Positions 1 through 12,698 of a stretch of DNA of 64,000 nucleotides are shown in pieces. Where the stretch lies: NCBI RefSeq assembly GCF_009914755.1, contig NC_060948.1; one strand, 5' to 3'. The number at the start of each line of letters is the position of its first letter. Within the stretch, counting starts at the first letter, position 1. A model generated the notes under the pieces. That model saw nothing but the letters and a program-made list of their open reading frames with translations. It was not told where the DNA came from and did not search any database. Both the position numbers and the translations under genes were made by a program. This DNA is from the human T2T-CHM13v2.0 reference genome, Homo sapiens.

Positions 1-1977
1 ATGCAATGGACTCGAATAGATTGCAAACGGAATGCAAAGGAATGGAATGGAATAGTATGGAATGGAATGGAAAGGAATGGAGTGGAATAGACTAGAGTGG
101 AATGGAACGGACTGGAAAGCAATGGACTGGAATGGAACTTTCTTGAATGGACTGGAATCAAACGGAATGGAATGCAATGCAATCAAATGGCATGGAATAA
201 AATAGAATGAAAGAGAATCAAATGGAATTGAATCGAATGGAATCGAATGGATTGGAAAGAATAGAATGGAATGGAATGGAATGGACTAGAATGGAATGGA
301 TTCGAATGGAAGGCAAAGGAATGGAATCTATTGGAATGGACTGTAATGGAATGGAATGGAAGGGATTGGAATGGACTCGAATGGAATGGACTGCAATAGA
401 AAGGATTCGAATGGAATGAAAAAGAATTGAATGGAATAGAAGAGAATGGAATCAAATCGAATGAAATGGATTGGAATAGAAAGGAATGGAATGAAATGGA
501 ATGGAAAGGATTCGAATCGAATGCAATCGAATGGAATGGAATCGAACGGAATGGAATAAAATGGAAGAAAACTGGCAAGAAATGGAATCGAAATGAATGG
601 AGTGTTATGGAACGGACTCAAAAGGAATTGAATGTAATAGAATGGAGTGGAGTGGACTCGAATATAATGGACTGGAAGAATGGAATGAAATCACATGGAA
701 TGGGAACGAATGGAATGGAATGGAAAGGAATGGAATCGAATGGAAAGGAATCGAACGGAAGGGAATGAAATTGAATCAACAGCAATGGAAGGGAATAGAA
801 TAGACGGTAATGGAATGGACTCGAATAGAATGGACACGAATGCTCAAATTGAATGGACTCGAATGGAATGGAAACGAAAGGAATGTCATCGAATGGAATT
901 GAATCGATTGGAATGTAATCGCATAGAATGGAGTGGAATCAAATGGAATTGAATCGAAAGGAAAGGAAGCGAATGGACTGAAATGAAATGGAATGGAATT
1001 GAATGGAAAGTAATGCAATGGAATAGAATGGAACGAAATTTCACGGAATGGAATCAAACTGAATGGAATCAAATCAATGGAATCCAATCAAATGGAATGG
1101 AGTAGATTGGATTGGATGGGATTGGAATGAAATGTACTGGAAAGGACTCGAATTTCATGAAACGGAATGGAATGAATTGGAACGGAATGGACTCGAATGG
1201 AATGGAATGTCATAGAATGGCATCAAATGGAATGGCATCAAATGGAATGGAATCGAATGCAATGGAATGCTATGGAATGGAATGGAATGCATTGGAATGG
1301 AATGTCCTCTAATGAAATGGATTCGAGTGGAATGGAATCGAATATAATGGAGTCGAATGAAATGGAATTGAAAGGAATGGGATCGAATACAATGGAATAT
1401 ACTGGAATGTAATTTAATGAACTCGAATGTAATTGACTGGAATGGAATGTACATGAATGGAATGTAATCGAATGGAAAGTAATCCAATGGAATAGAATCT
1501 AATGCAATAAAACCGACTCAGATAGAGTAGAATGTAATGGAATGGAGTGCAGTGCAATGGAATGGAATGGAATGGAATGCAATGGAATGGAATGGAATGG
1601 AATGGAATGGAATGGGATGGAATGGTATGGAATGGATAGTAATGGACTGGAGTGAAATGGACTGGAAAGGAATGGACTCAAATTGAAAGGGCTCGAAAGG
1701 AATGGAGTCAAATGGAATGGTCTGGAATGGAATGAACACGAATGTAATGCAATCCAATAGAATGGAAGCGAATGGCATGGAATATAAAGAAATGGAATCG
1801 AAGAGAATGGAAACAAATGGAATGGAATTGAATGGAATGGAATTGAATGGAATGGGAACGAATGGAGTGAAATTGTATGCAGTAGAAGGCAATAGAATGG
1901 AATGCAACCGAAAGGAAAGGAATGGATTGGAATGGAATGGAATTCATTGGAATGGAAGGGAATGTAGTGTAATGGAC
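1..1977 (+). repeat. Partial unit U0 (3' part), subtype B
   Basis: Colinear with the last ~2 kb of later units; ends at the first AGGCCT (1978). Confidence 0.9.
134..148. promoter_or_regulatory. Polymorphic heat-shock-element motif HSE-3, gGAActTTCttGAAt
   Basis: Exact nGAAnnTTCnnGAAn match here and near 43024, 46591, 50170, 53744 and 57288. The other units have ...TTCttGGA. Function is inferred only. Confidence 0.4.
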
Positions 1978-2353
1978 AGGCCTGGAATAAAGTGGAATGC
2001 TACGGTCTCGAATGGAATAAAAATGTATGGAATGGAATGCAATGAAACGGAATCGAATGTCATAGAATGTAATGGAATGCAAAAAAATGGAATCCAAAAT
2101 CATTGAATGGAAAGGCTGGGTGTCGAAAGGAATTGACTGCAATGGAATGGAATCGAATGGAATGGAAGTGAATAGAATCGAACTAAATCGAATGGAATGG
2201 AATTGATAGGAACGGAATGGAAAGGAATGCAATGATTTGGCATGGAATGGAATCGAATGGCATCGAATGGAATGGAATGGAATGCAATGGAATGGAATGT
2301 ATCAGAATGTAATGAACATTAGTGGAATGTACTCGAATGGATTCGACTGGAAT

Positions 2354-2368
2354 GGAATGTTCTGGAAG
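2354..2368. promoter_or_regulatory. Heat-shock-element motif HSE-1, gGAAtgTTCtgGAAg (first copy; one per unit)
   Basis: Exact match to the canonical HSF1 trimer site, intact in 17 of 18 copies. Binding is not shown by sequence alone. Confidence 0.5.
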
Positions 2369-2632
2369 TGAATGGACTCCAATGGAATGGATTCGAAAGG
2401 AATGGAATCGAACGGAATGGAATCTAATGGAATGGAATTAAATGGAAATGAATCAAATTGAATATCACGGAATTGAATTGAATGGAATCGAATGCAATGG
2501 AATCTAATGAAACGGAAAGGAAAGAATGGAATGGAATAGAATGGGCTGGAATGGAAAGGAATCGAAACGAATGGAATGGAATCGAACTGAGGAGACTGGA
2601 ATGGAATGCACTGGAATGGAAGGGAGTGTAAT

Positions 2633-2647
2633 GGAAGGTTCTCGAAA
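2633..2647. promoter_or_regulatory. Heat-shock-element motif HSE-2, gGAAggTTCtcGAAa (first copy; one per unit)
   Basis: Exact match to the canonical HSF1 trimer site, intact in 17 of 18 copies. The variant near 63353 changes only a spacer base. Confidence 0.5.
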
Positions 2648-5520
2648 AAAATGGAATCGAATGGAATGGAATTGAATGGAACGGAATAGAGTCGAATGGA
2701 ATTGAATGGAATGGAATGGACTAGAGTGAAATGGAATCGAACCACAAGGAATGGACAGGAATAGAATGGTCTCGAATTGAATGGAATCGTATGGAATGGC
2801 ATCAAACGGAATGGAATGGACAGCCACGGAATGGAATGCACTCGAATGCAATGGAGTCGAAACTAATGGACTGGAATAGAATGGACTCGACTGGTACGGA
2901 CTCCAATGGAATGGAATCGAATGGAAGGGAATCGAACGGAATGGACTCGAAGGGAAAAGACTGCAATGGAAAGGTCTCGAATGGAATGGAAATTAATGGA
3001 ATGGAATGGAATCGAATGAAATGGAGTCAAAAGGAATGGAATCGAATGGCAAGAAATCGAATGTAATGGAATCGCAAGGAATTGATGTGAACGGAACGGA
3101 ATGGAATGGAATCCAAAGGAATGGAATAGAATGGAATGGAATCGAATGGAAAGGACTCGAATGGAAATCACTCGAATAGAATGCAATTTAATAAAATAGG
3201 ATCAAATGTAATAGAATGGAATGGAAAGGAATCGAAACGGAAGGAATGGAGACAGATGGAACGGAATGGAACAGAGAGCAATGGTATAGAATGGAACGGA
3301 ATCATCTGGAATGGAATTGAATGGAATGGAATAATATGAAATGGAATGGAATGGAATGGAATGGAATGCCCTTGAATTAAATGGACTGGACTCGAACAGA
3401 GTGGAATGGAAAGTGTTGAGATAGAATGGAATGGACTCCTTTGGAATGGTGTAGTATGCAATGCAATCGACTGGCAGGGAATCAAAAGGAATGTAATCGA
3501 ATGGATTGGACTGGAATGCAATGGACTCGAATAGATTGGAAACGGAATGCAAAGGAATGGAATGGAATAGTATGGAATGCAATGGAAGGGAATGGAGTGG
3601 AATAGACTAGAGTGGAATGGAATGGACTGGAAAGCAATGGACTGGAATGGAACCTTCTTGGATGGATTGGAATCAAACGGAATGGAATACAATGCAATCA
3701 AATGGCATGGAATAAAATAGAATGAAAGAGAATCAAATGGAATTGAATCGAATGGAATCGAATGGATTGGAAAGGAATAGAATGGAATGGAATGGAATTG
3801 ACTCAAATGGAATGGACTAGAATGGAATGGATTCGAATGGAAGGCAAAGGAATGGAATCTATTGGAATGGACTGTAATGGAATGGAATGGAAGGGATTGG
3901 AATGGACTCGAATGGAATGGACTGCAATAGAAAGGATTCGAATGGAATGAAAAAGAATTGAATGGAATAGAACAGAATGGAATCAAATCGAATGAAATGG
4001 AATGGAATAGAAAGGAATGGAATGAAATGGAATGGAAAGGATTCGAATGGAATGCAATCGAATGGAATGGAATCGAACGGAATGGAATAAAATGGAAGAA
4101 AACTGGCAAGAAATGGAATCGAAATGAATGGAGTGTTATGGAACGGACTCAAAAGGAATTGAATGTAATAGAATGGAGTGGAGTGGACTCGAATATAATG
4201 GACTGGAATGGAATGAAATCACATGGAATGGGAACGAATGGAATGGAATGGAAAGGAATGGAATTGAATGAAAAGGAATCGAATGGAAGGGAATGAAATT
4301 GAATCAACAGGAATGGAAGGGAATAGAATAGACTGTAATGCAATGGACTCGAATAGAATGGACACGAATGCTCAAATTAAATGGACTCGAATGCAATGGA
4401 AACGAAAGGAATGTGATCGAATGGAATTGAATCGATTGGAATGAAATCACATAGAATGGAGTGGAATCAAATGGAATTGAATCGAAAGGAAAGGAAGCGA
4501 ATGGACTGAAATGAAATGGAATGGAATTGAATGGAAAGTAATGCAATGGAATAGAATGGAACGAAATTTCACGGAATGGAATCAAACTGAATGGAATCAA
4601 ATCAATGGAATCAAATCAAATGGAATGGAAAGGAATTGAATGGAGTAGATGGGATTGGATGGGATTGGAATGAAATGTACTGGAAAGGACTCGAATTTCA
4701 TGAAACGGAATGGAATGAATTGGAACGGAATGGACTCGAATGGAATGGAATGTCATGGGATGGCATCAAATGGAATGGCATCAAATGGAATGGAATCGAA
4801 CGCAATGGAATGCTATGGAATGGAATGGAATGCATTGGAATGGAATGTCCTCTAATGGAATGGATTCGAGTGGAATGGAATTGAATATAATGGAGTCGAA
4901 TGAAATGGTATTGAAAGGAATGGGATCGAATACAATGGAATATACTGGAATTTAACGTAATGAACTCGAATGTAATTGACTGGAATGGAATGTACATGAA
5001 TGGAATGTAATCGAATGGAAAGTAATCCAATGGAATAGAATCTAATGCAATAAAATCGACTCAGATAGAGTAGAATGTAATGGAATGGAGTGCAGTGCAA
5101 TGGAAGGGAATGCAATGGAATGGAATGGAATGGAATGGAATGGAATGGAATGGAATGGGATGGAATGGTATGGAATGGATAGTAATGGACTGGAGTGAAA
5201 TGGACTGGAAAGGAATGGACTCAAATTGAAAGGTCTCGAAAGGAATGGAGTCAAATGGAATGGTCTGGAATGGAATGAACACGAATGTAATGCAACCCAA
5301 TAGAATGGAATCGAATGGCATGGAATATAAAGAAATGGAATCGAAGAGAATGGAAACAAATGGAATGGAATTGAATGGAATGGAATTGAATGGAATGGGA
5401 ACGAATGGAGTGAAATTGTATGCAGTAGAAGAGAATAGAATGGAATGCAAGCGAAAGGAAAGGAATGGATTGGAATGGAATGGAATTCATTGGAATGGAA
5501 GGGAATGTAGTGTAATGGAC

Positions 5521-8500
5521 AGGCCTGGAATAAAGTGGAATGCTACGGTCTCGAATGGAATAAAAATGTATGGAATGGAATGCAATGAAACGGAATCGAA
5601 TGTCATAGAATGTAATGGAATGCAAAAAAATGGAATCCAAAATCATTGACTGGAAAGGCTGGGTGTCGAAAGGAATTGACTCCAATGGAATGGAATCGCA
5701 TGGAATGGAAGTGAATAGAATCGAACTAAATCGAATGGAATGGAATTGATAGGAACGGAATGGAAAGGAATGCAATGATTTGGCATGGAATGGAATCGAA
5801 TGGCATCGAATGGAATGGAATGGAATGCAATGGAATGGAATGTATTAGAATGTAATGAACTTTAATGGAATGTACTCGAATGGATTCGACTGGAATGGAA
5901 TGTTCTGGAAGTGAATGGACTCCAATGGAATGGATTCAAAAGGAATGGAATCGTACGGAATGGAATCTAATGGAATGGAATTAAATGGAAATGAATCAAA
6001 TTGAATAGCACGGAATTGAATTGAATGGAATGGAATGCAATGGAATCTAATGAAACGGAAAGGAAAGGAATGGAATGGAATGCAATGGGCTGGAATGGAA
6101 AGGAATCGAAACAAATGGAATGGAATCGAAGTGAAGAGACTGGAATGGAATGCACTGGAATGGAAGGGAGTGTAATGGAAGGTTCTCGAAAAAAATGGAA
6201 TCGAATGGAATGGAATTGAATGGAACGGAATAGAGTCGAATGGAATTGAATGGAATGGAATGGACTAGAGTGAAATGGAATCGAACCACAAGGAATGGAC
6301 AGGAATAGAATGGTCTCGAATTGAATGGAATCGTATGGAATGGCATCAAACGGAATGGAATGGACAGCCACGGAATGGAATGCACTCGAATACAATGGAG
6401 TCGAAACTAATGGACTGGAATAGAATGGACTCGACTGGTACGGACTCCAATGGAATGGAATCGAATGGAAGGGAATCGAACGGAAGGGAATCGAACGGAA
6501 TGGACTCGAAGGGAAAAGACTGCAATGGAAAGGTCTCGAATGGAATGGAAATTAATGGAATGGAATGGAATCGAATGAAATGGAGTCAAAAGGAATGGAA
6601 TCGAATGGCAAGAAATCGAATGTAATGGAATCGCCAGGAATTGATGTGAACGGAACGGAATGGAATGGAATCCAAAGGAATGGAATAGAATGGAATGGAA
6701 TCGAATGGAAAGGACTCGAATGGAAATCACTCGAATAGAATGCAATTTAATAAAATAGGATCAAATGTAATGGAATGGAATGGAAAGGAATCGAAACGAA
6801 AGGAATGGAGACAGATGGAATGGAATGGAACAGAGAGCAATGGTATAGAATGGAATGGAATCATCTGGAATGGAATTGAATGGAATGGAATAATATGAAA
6901 TGGAATGGAATGGAATGGAATGGAATGCCCTTGAATTAAATGGACTGGAATGGAATGGACTCAAACAGAGTGGAATGGAAAGTGTGGAGATAGAATGGAA
7001 TGAACTCCTTTGGAATGGTCTAGTATGCAATGCAATCCACTGGCAGGGAATCAAAAGGTATGTAATCGAATGGATTGGACTGGAATGCAAAGGACTGGAA
7101 TAGATTGGAAACGGAATGCAAAGGAATGGAATGGAATAGTATGGAATGCAATGGAAGGGAATGGAGTGGAATAGACTAGAGTGGAATGGAATGGACTGGA
7201 AAGCAATGGACTGGAATGGAACTTTCTTGGATGGACTGGAATCAAACGGAATGGAATGCAGTGCAATCAAATGGCATGGAATAAAATAGAATGAAAGAGA
7301 ATCAAATGGAATTGAATCGAATGGAATCGAATGGATTGGAAAGGAATAGAATGGAATGGAATGGAATTGACTCAAATGGAATGGACTAGAATGGAATGGA
7401 TTCGAATGGAAGGCAAAGGAATGGAATCTATTGGAATGGACTGTAATGGAATGGAATGGAAGGGATTGGAATGGACTCGAATGGAATGGACTGCAATAGA
7501 AAGGATTCGAATGGAATGGAAAAGAATTGAATGGAATAGAACAGAATGGAATCAAATCGAATGAAATGGAATGGAATAGAAAGGAATGGAATGAAATGGA
7601 ATGGAAAGGATTCGAATGGAATGCAATCGAATGGAATGGAATCGAACGGAATGGAATAAAATGGAAGAAAACTGGCAAGAAATGGAATCGAAATGAATGG
7701 AGTGTTATGGAACGGACTCAAAAGGAATTGAATGTAATAGAATGGAGTGGAGTGGACTCGAATATAATGGACTGGAATGGAATGAAATCACATGGAATGG
7801 GAACGAATGGAATGGAATGGAAAGGAATGGAATCGAATGGAAAGGAATCGAATGGAAGGGAATGAAATTGAATCAACACGAATGGAAGGGAATAGAATAG
7901 ACTGTAATGGAATGGACTCGAATAGAATGGACACGAATGCTCAAATTAAATGGACTCGAATGGAATGGAAACGAAAGGAATGTCATCGAATGGAATTGAA
8001 TCGATTGGAATGAAATCACATAGAATGGAGTGGAATCAAATGGAATTGAATCGAAAGGAAAGGAAGCGAATGGACTGAAATGAAATGGAATGGAATTGAA
8101 TGGAAAGTAATGCAATGGAATAGAATGGAACGAAATTTCACGGAATGGAATCAAACTGAATGGAATCAAATCAATGGAATCAAATCAAATGGAATGGAAA
8201 GGAATTGAATGGAGTAGATGGGATTGGATGGGATTGGAATGAAATGTACTGGAAAGGACTCGAATTTCATGAAACGGAATGGAATGAATTGGAACGGAAT
8301 GGACTCGAATGGAATGGAATGTCATGGGATGGCATCAAATGGAATGACATCAAATGGAATGGAATCGAATGCAATGGAATGCTATGGAATGGAATGGAAT
8401 GCATTGGAATGGAATGTCCTCTAATGGAATGGATTCGAGTGGAATGGAATTGAATATAATGGAGTCGAATGAAATGGAATTGAAAGGAATGGGATCGAAT

Positions 8501-9104
8501 ACAATGGAATATACAGGAATGTAACGTAATGAACTCGAATGTAATTGACTGGAATGGAATGTACATGAATGGAATGTAATCGAATGGAAAGTAATCCAAT
8601 GGAATAGAATCTAATGCAATAAAATCGACTCAGATAGAGTAGAATGTAATGGAATGGAGTGCAGTGCAATGGAATGGAATGGAATGGAATGCAATGGAAT
8701 GGAATGGAATGGAATGGAATGGAATGGAATGGAATGGAATGGGATGGAATGGTATGGAATGGATAGTATTGGACTGGAGTGAAATGGACTGGAAAGGAAT
8801 GGACTCAAATTGAAAGGGCTCGAAAGGAATGGAGTCAAATGGAATGGTCTGGAATGGAATGAACACGAATGTAATGCAACCCAATAGAATGGAATCGAAT
8901 GGCATGGAATATAAAGAAATGGAATCGAAGAGAATGGAAACAAATGGAATGGAATTGAATGGAATGGAATTGAATGGAATGGGAACGAATGGAGTGAAAT
9001 TGTATGTAGTAGAAGATAATAGAATGGAATGCAAGCGAAAGGAAAGGAATGGATTGGAATGGAATGGAATTCATTGGAATGGAAGGGAATGTAGTGTAAT
9101 GGAC
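5521..9104 (+). repeat. Unit U2, 3584 bp
   Basis: AGGCCT 5521 to 9105. Confidence 0.9.
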
Positions 9105-12100
9105 AGGCCTGGAATAAAGTGGAATGCTACGGTCTCGAATGGAATAAAAATGTATGGAATGGAATGCAATGAAACGGAATCGAATGTCATAGAATGTAAT
9201 GGAATGCAAAAAAATGGAATCCAAAATCATTGACTGGAAAGGCTGGGTGTCGAAAGGAATTGACTCCAATGGAATGGAATCGAATGGAATGGAAGTGAAT
9301 AGAATCGAACTAAATCGAATGGAATGGAATTGATAGGAATGGAATGGAAAGGAATGCAATGATTTGGCATGGAATGGAATCGAATGGCATCGAATGGAAT
9401 GGAATGGAATGCAATGGAATGGAATGTATTAGAATGTAATGAACTTTAATGGAATGTACTCGAATGGATTCGACTGGAATGGAATGTTCTGGAAGTGAAT
9501 GGACTCCAATGGAATGGATTCAAAAGGAATGGAATCGTACGGAATGGAATCTAATGGAATGGAATTAAATGGAAATGAATCAAATTGAATAGCACGGAAT
9601 TGAATTGAATGGAATGGAATGCAATGGAATCTAATGAAACGGAAAGATAAGGAATGGAATGGAATGGAATGGGCTGGAATGGAAAGGAATCGAAACGAAT
9701 GGAATGGAATCGAAGTGAAGAGACTGGAATGGAATGCACTGGAATGGAAGGGAGTGTAATGGAAGGTTCTCGAAAAAAATGGAATCGAATGGAATGGAAT
9801 TGAATGGAACGGAATAGAGTCGAATGGAATTGAATGGAATGGAATGGTCTAGAGTGAAATGGAATCGAACCACAAGGAATGGACAGGAATAGAATGGTCT
9901 CGAATTGAATGGAATCGTATGGAATGGCATCAAACGGAATGGAATGGACAGCCACGGAATGGAATGCACTCGAATGCAATGGAGTCGAAACTAATGGACT
10001 GGAATAGAATGGACTCGACTGGTACGGACTCCAATGGAATGGAATCGAATGGAAGGGAATCGAACGGAATGGAATCGAACGGAATGGACTCGAAGGGAAA
10101 AGACTGCAATGGAAAGGTCTCGAATGGAATGGAAATTAATGGAATGGAATGGAATCGAATGAAATGGAGTCAAAAGGAATGGAATCGAATGGCAAGAAAT
10201 CGAATGTAATGGAATCGCGAGGAATTGATGTGAACGGAACGGAATGGAATGGAATCCAAAGGAATGGAATAGAATGGAATGGAATCGAATGGAAAGGACT
10301 CGAATGGAAATCACTCGAATAGAATGCAATTTAATAAAATAGGATCAAATGTAATGGAATGGAATGGAAAGGAATCGAAACGAAAGGAATGGAGACAGAT
10401 GGAATGGAATGGAACAGAGAGCAATGGTATAGAATGGAATGGAATCATCTGGAATGGAATTGAATGGAATGGAATAATATGAAATGGAATGGAATGGAAT
10501 GGAATGGAATGGAATGGAATGCCCTTGAATTAAATGGACTGGAATGGAATGGACTCAAACAGAGTGGAATGGAAAGTGTGGAGATAGAATGGAATGAACT
10601 CCTTTGGAATGGTGTAGTATGCAATGCAATCGACTGGCAGGGAATCAAGAGGAATGTAATCGAATGGATTGGACTGGAATGCAATGGACTCGAATAAATT
10701 GGAAACGGAATGCAAAGGAATGGAATGGAATAGTATGGAATGCAATGGAAGGGAATGGAGTGGAATAGACTAGAGTGGAATGGAATGGACTGGAAAGCAA
10801 TAGACTGGAATGGAACTTTCTTGGATGGACTGGAATCAAACGGAATGGAATGCAGTGCAATCAAATGGCATGGAATAAAATAGAATGAAAGAGAATCAAA
10901 TGGAATTGAATCGAATGGAATCGAATGGATTGGAAAGGAATAGAATGGAATGGAATGGAATTGACTCAAATGGAATGGACTAGAATGGAATGGATTCGAA
11001 TGGAAGGCAAAGGAATGGAATCTATTGGAATGGACTGTAATGGAATGGAATGGAAGGGATTGGAATGGACTCTAATGGAATGGACTGCAATAGAAAGGAT
11101 TCGAATGGAATGAAAAAGAATTGAATGGAATAGAACAGAATGGAATCAAATCGAATGAAATGGAATGGAATAGAAAGGAATGGAATGAAATGGAATGGAA
11201 AGGATTCGAATGGAATGCAATCGAATGGAATGGAATCGAACGGAATGGAATAAAATGGAAGAAAACTGGCAAGAAATGGAATCGAAATGAATGGAGTGTT
11301 ATGGAACGGACTCAAAAGGAATTGAATGTAATAGAATGGAGTGGAGTGGACTCGAATATAATGGACTGGAATGGAATGAAATCACATGGAATGGGAACGA
11401 ATGGAATGGAATGGAAAGGAATGGAATCGAATGGAAAGGAATCGAATGGAAGGGAATGAAATTGAATCAACACGAATGGAAGGGAATAGAATAGACGGTA
11501 ATGGAATGGACTCGAATAGAATGGACACGAATGCTCAAATTAAATGGACTCGAATGGAATGGAAACGAAAGGAATGTCATCGAATGGAATTGAATCGATT
11601 GGAATGAAATCGCATAGAATGGAGTGGAATCAAATGGAATTGAATCGAAAGGAAAGGAAGCGAATGGACTGAAATGAAATGGAATGGAATTGAATGGAAA
11701 GTAATGCAATGGAATAGAATGGAACGAAATTTCACGGAATGGAATCAAACTGAATGGAATCAAATCAATGGAATCAAATCAAATGGAATGGAAAGGAATT
11801 GAATGGAGTAGATTGGATTGGATGGGATTGGAATGAAATGTACTGGAAAGGACTCGAATTTCATGAAACGGAATGGAATGAATTGGAACGGAATGGACTC
11901 GAATGGAATGGAATGTCATGGGATGGCATCAAATGGAATGACATCAAATGGAATGGAATCGAATGCAATGGAATGCTATGGAATGGAATGGAATGCATTG
12001 GAATGGAATGTCCGCTAATGGAATGGATTCGAGTGGAATGGAATTGAATATAATGGAGTCGAATGAAATGGAATTGAAAGGAATGGGATCGAATACAATG

Positions 12101-12698
12101 GAATATACTGGAATGTAACGTAATGAACTCGAATGTAATTGACTGGAATGGAATGTACATGAATGGAATGTAATCGAATGGAAAGTAATCCAATGGAATA
12201 GAATCTAATGCAATAAAATCGACTCAGATAGAGTAGAATGTAATGGAATGGAGAGCAGTGCAATGGAATGGATTGGAATGGAATGCAATGGAATGGAATG
12301 GAATGGAATGGAATGGAATGGAATGGAATGGAATGGGATGGAATGGTATGGAATGGATAGTAATGGACTGGAGTGAAATGGACTGGAAAGGAATGGACTC
12401 AAATTGAAAGGTCTCGAAAGGAATGGAGTCAAATGGAATGGTCTGGAATGGAATGAACACGAATGTAATGCAACCCAATAGAATGGAATCGAATGGCATG
12501 GAATATAAAGAAATGGAATCGAAGAGAATGGAAACAAATGGAATGGAATTGAATGGAATGGAATTGAATGGAATGGGTACGAATGGAGTGAAATTGTATG
12601 CAGTAGAAGAGAATAGAATGGAATGCAAGCGAAAGGAAAGGAATGGATTGGAATGGAATGGAATTCATTGGAATGGAAGGGAATGTAGTGTAATGGAC
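9105..12698 (+). repeat. Unit U3, 3594 bp (XbaI+)
   Basis: AGGCCT 9105 to 12699; TCTAGA variant at 9848. Confidence 0.9.

Larger units (their letters stand above)
1978..5520 (+). repeat. Unit U1, 3543 bp (B->A chimera)
   Basis: AGGCCT 1978 to AGGCCT 5521; 1-bp deletion near 2523. Confidence 0.9.

Noticed and set aside
768-778. DUX4-like motif AAATTGAATCA
   Set aside because: Mismatch at the first conserved T of the TAAYYBAATCA-type consensus, and easily generated from pentamer variants.
1034-1162. Additional HSE-like motifs GAAatTTCacGGA and GAAtTTCatGAA
   Set aside because: Only two correctly spaced boxes each (third box mismatched or mis-spaced); not counted as canonical HSEs.
1940-1983. 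Invariant EcoRI and StuI palindromes as functional recombination or binding sites
   Set aside because: Units are highly similar overall, so retention of two 6-mers in 18 copies is expected; they are useful as landmarks only.
3186-3198. AATAAA hexamers (several per unit) as polyadenylation signals
   Set aside because: They are close variants of AATGGA in A-rich context; there is no GU-rich downstream element or transcript evidence in the sequence.
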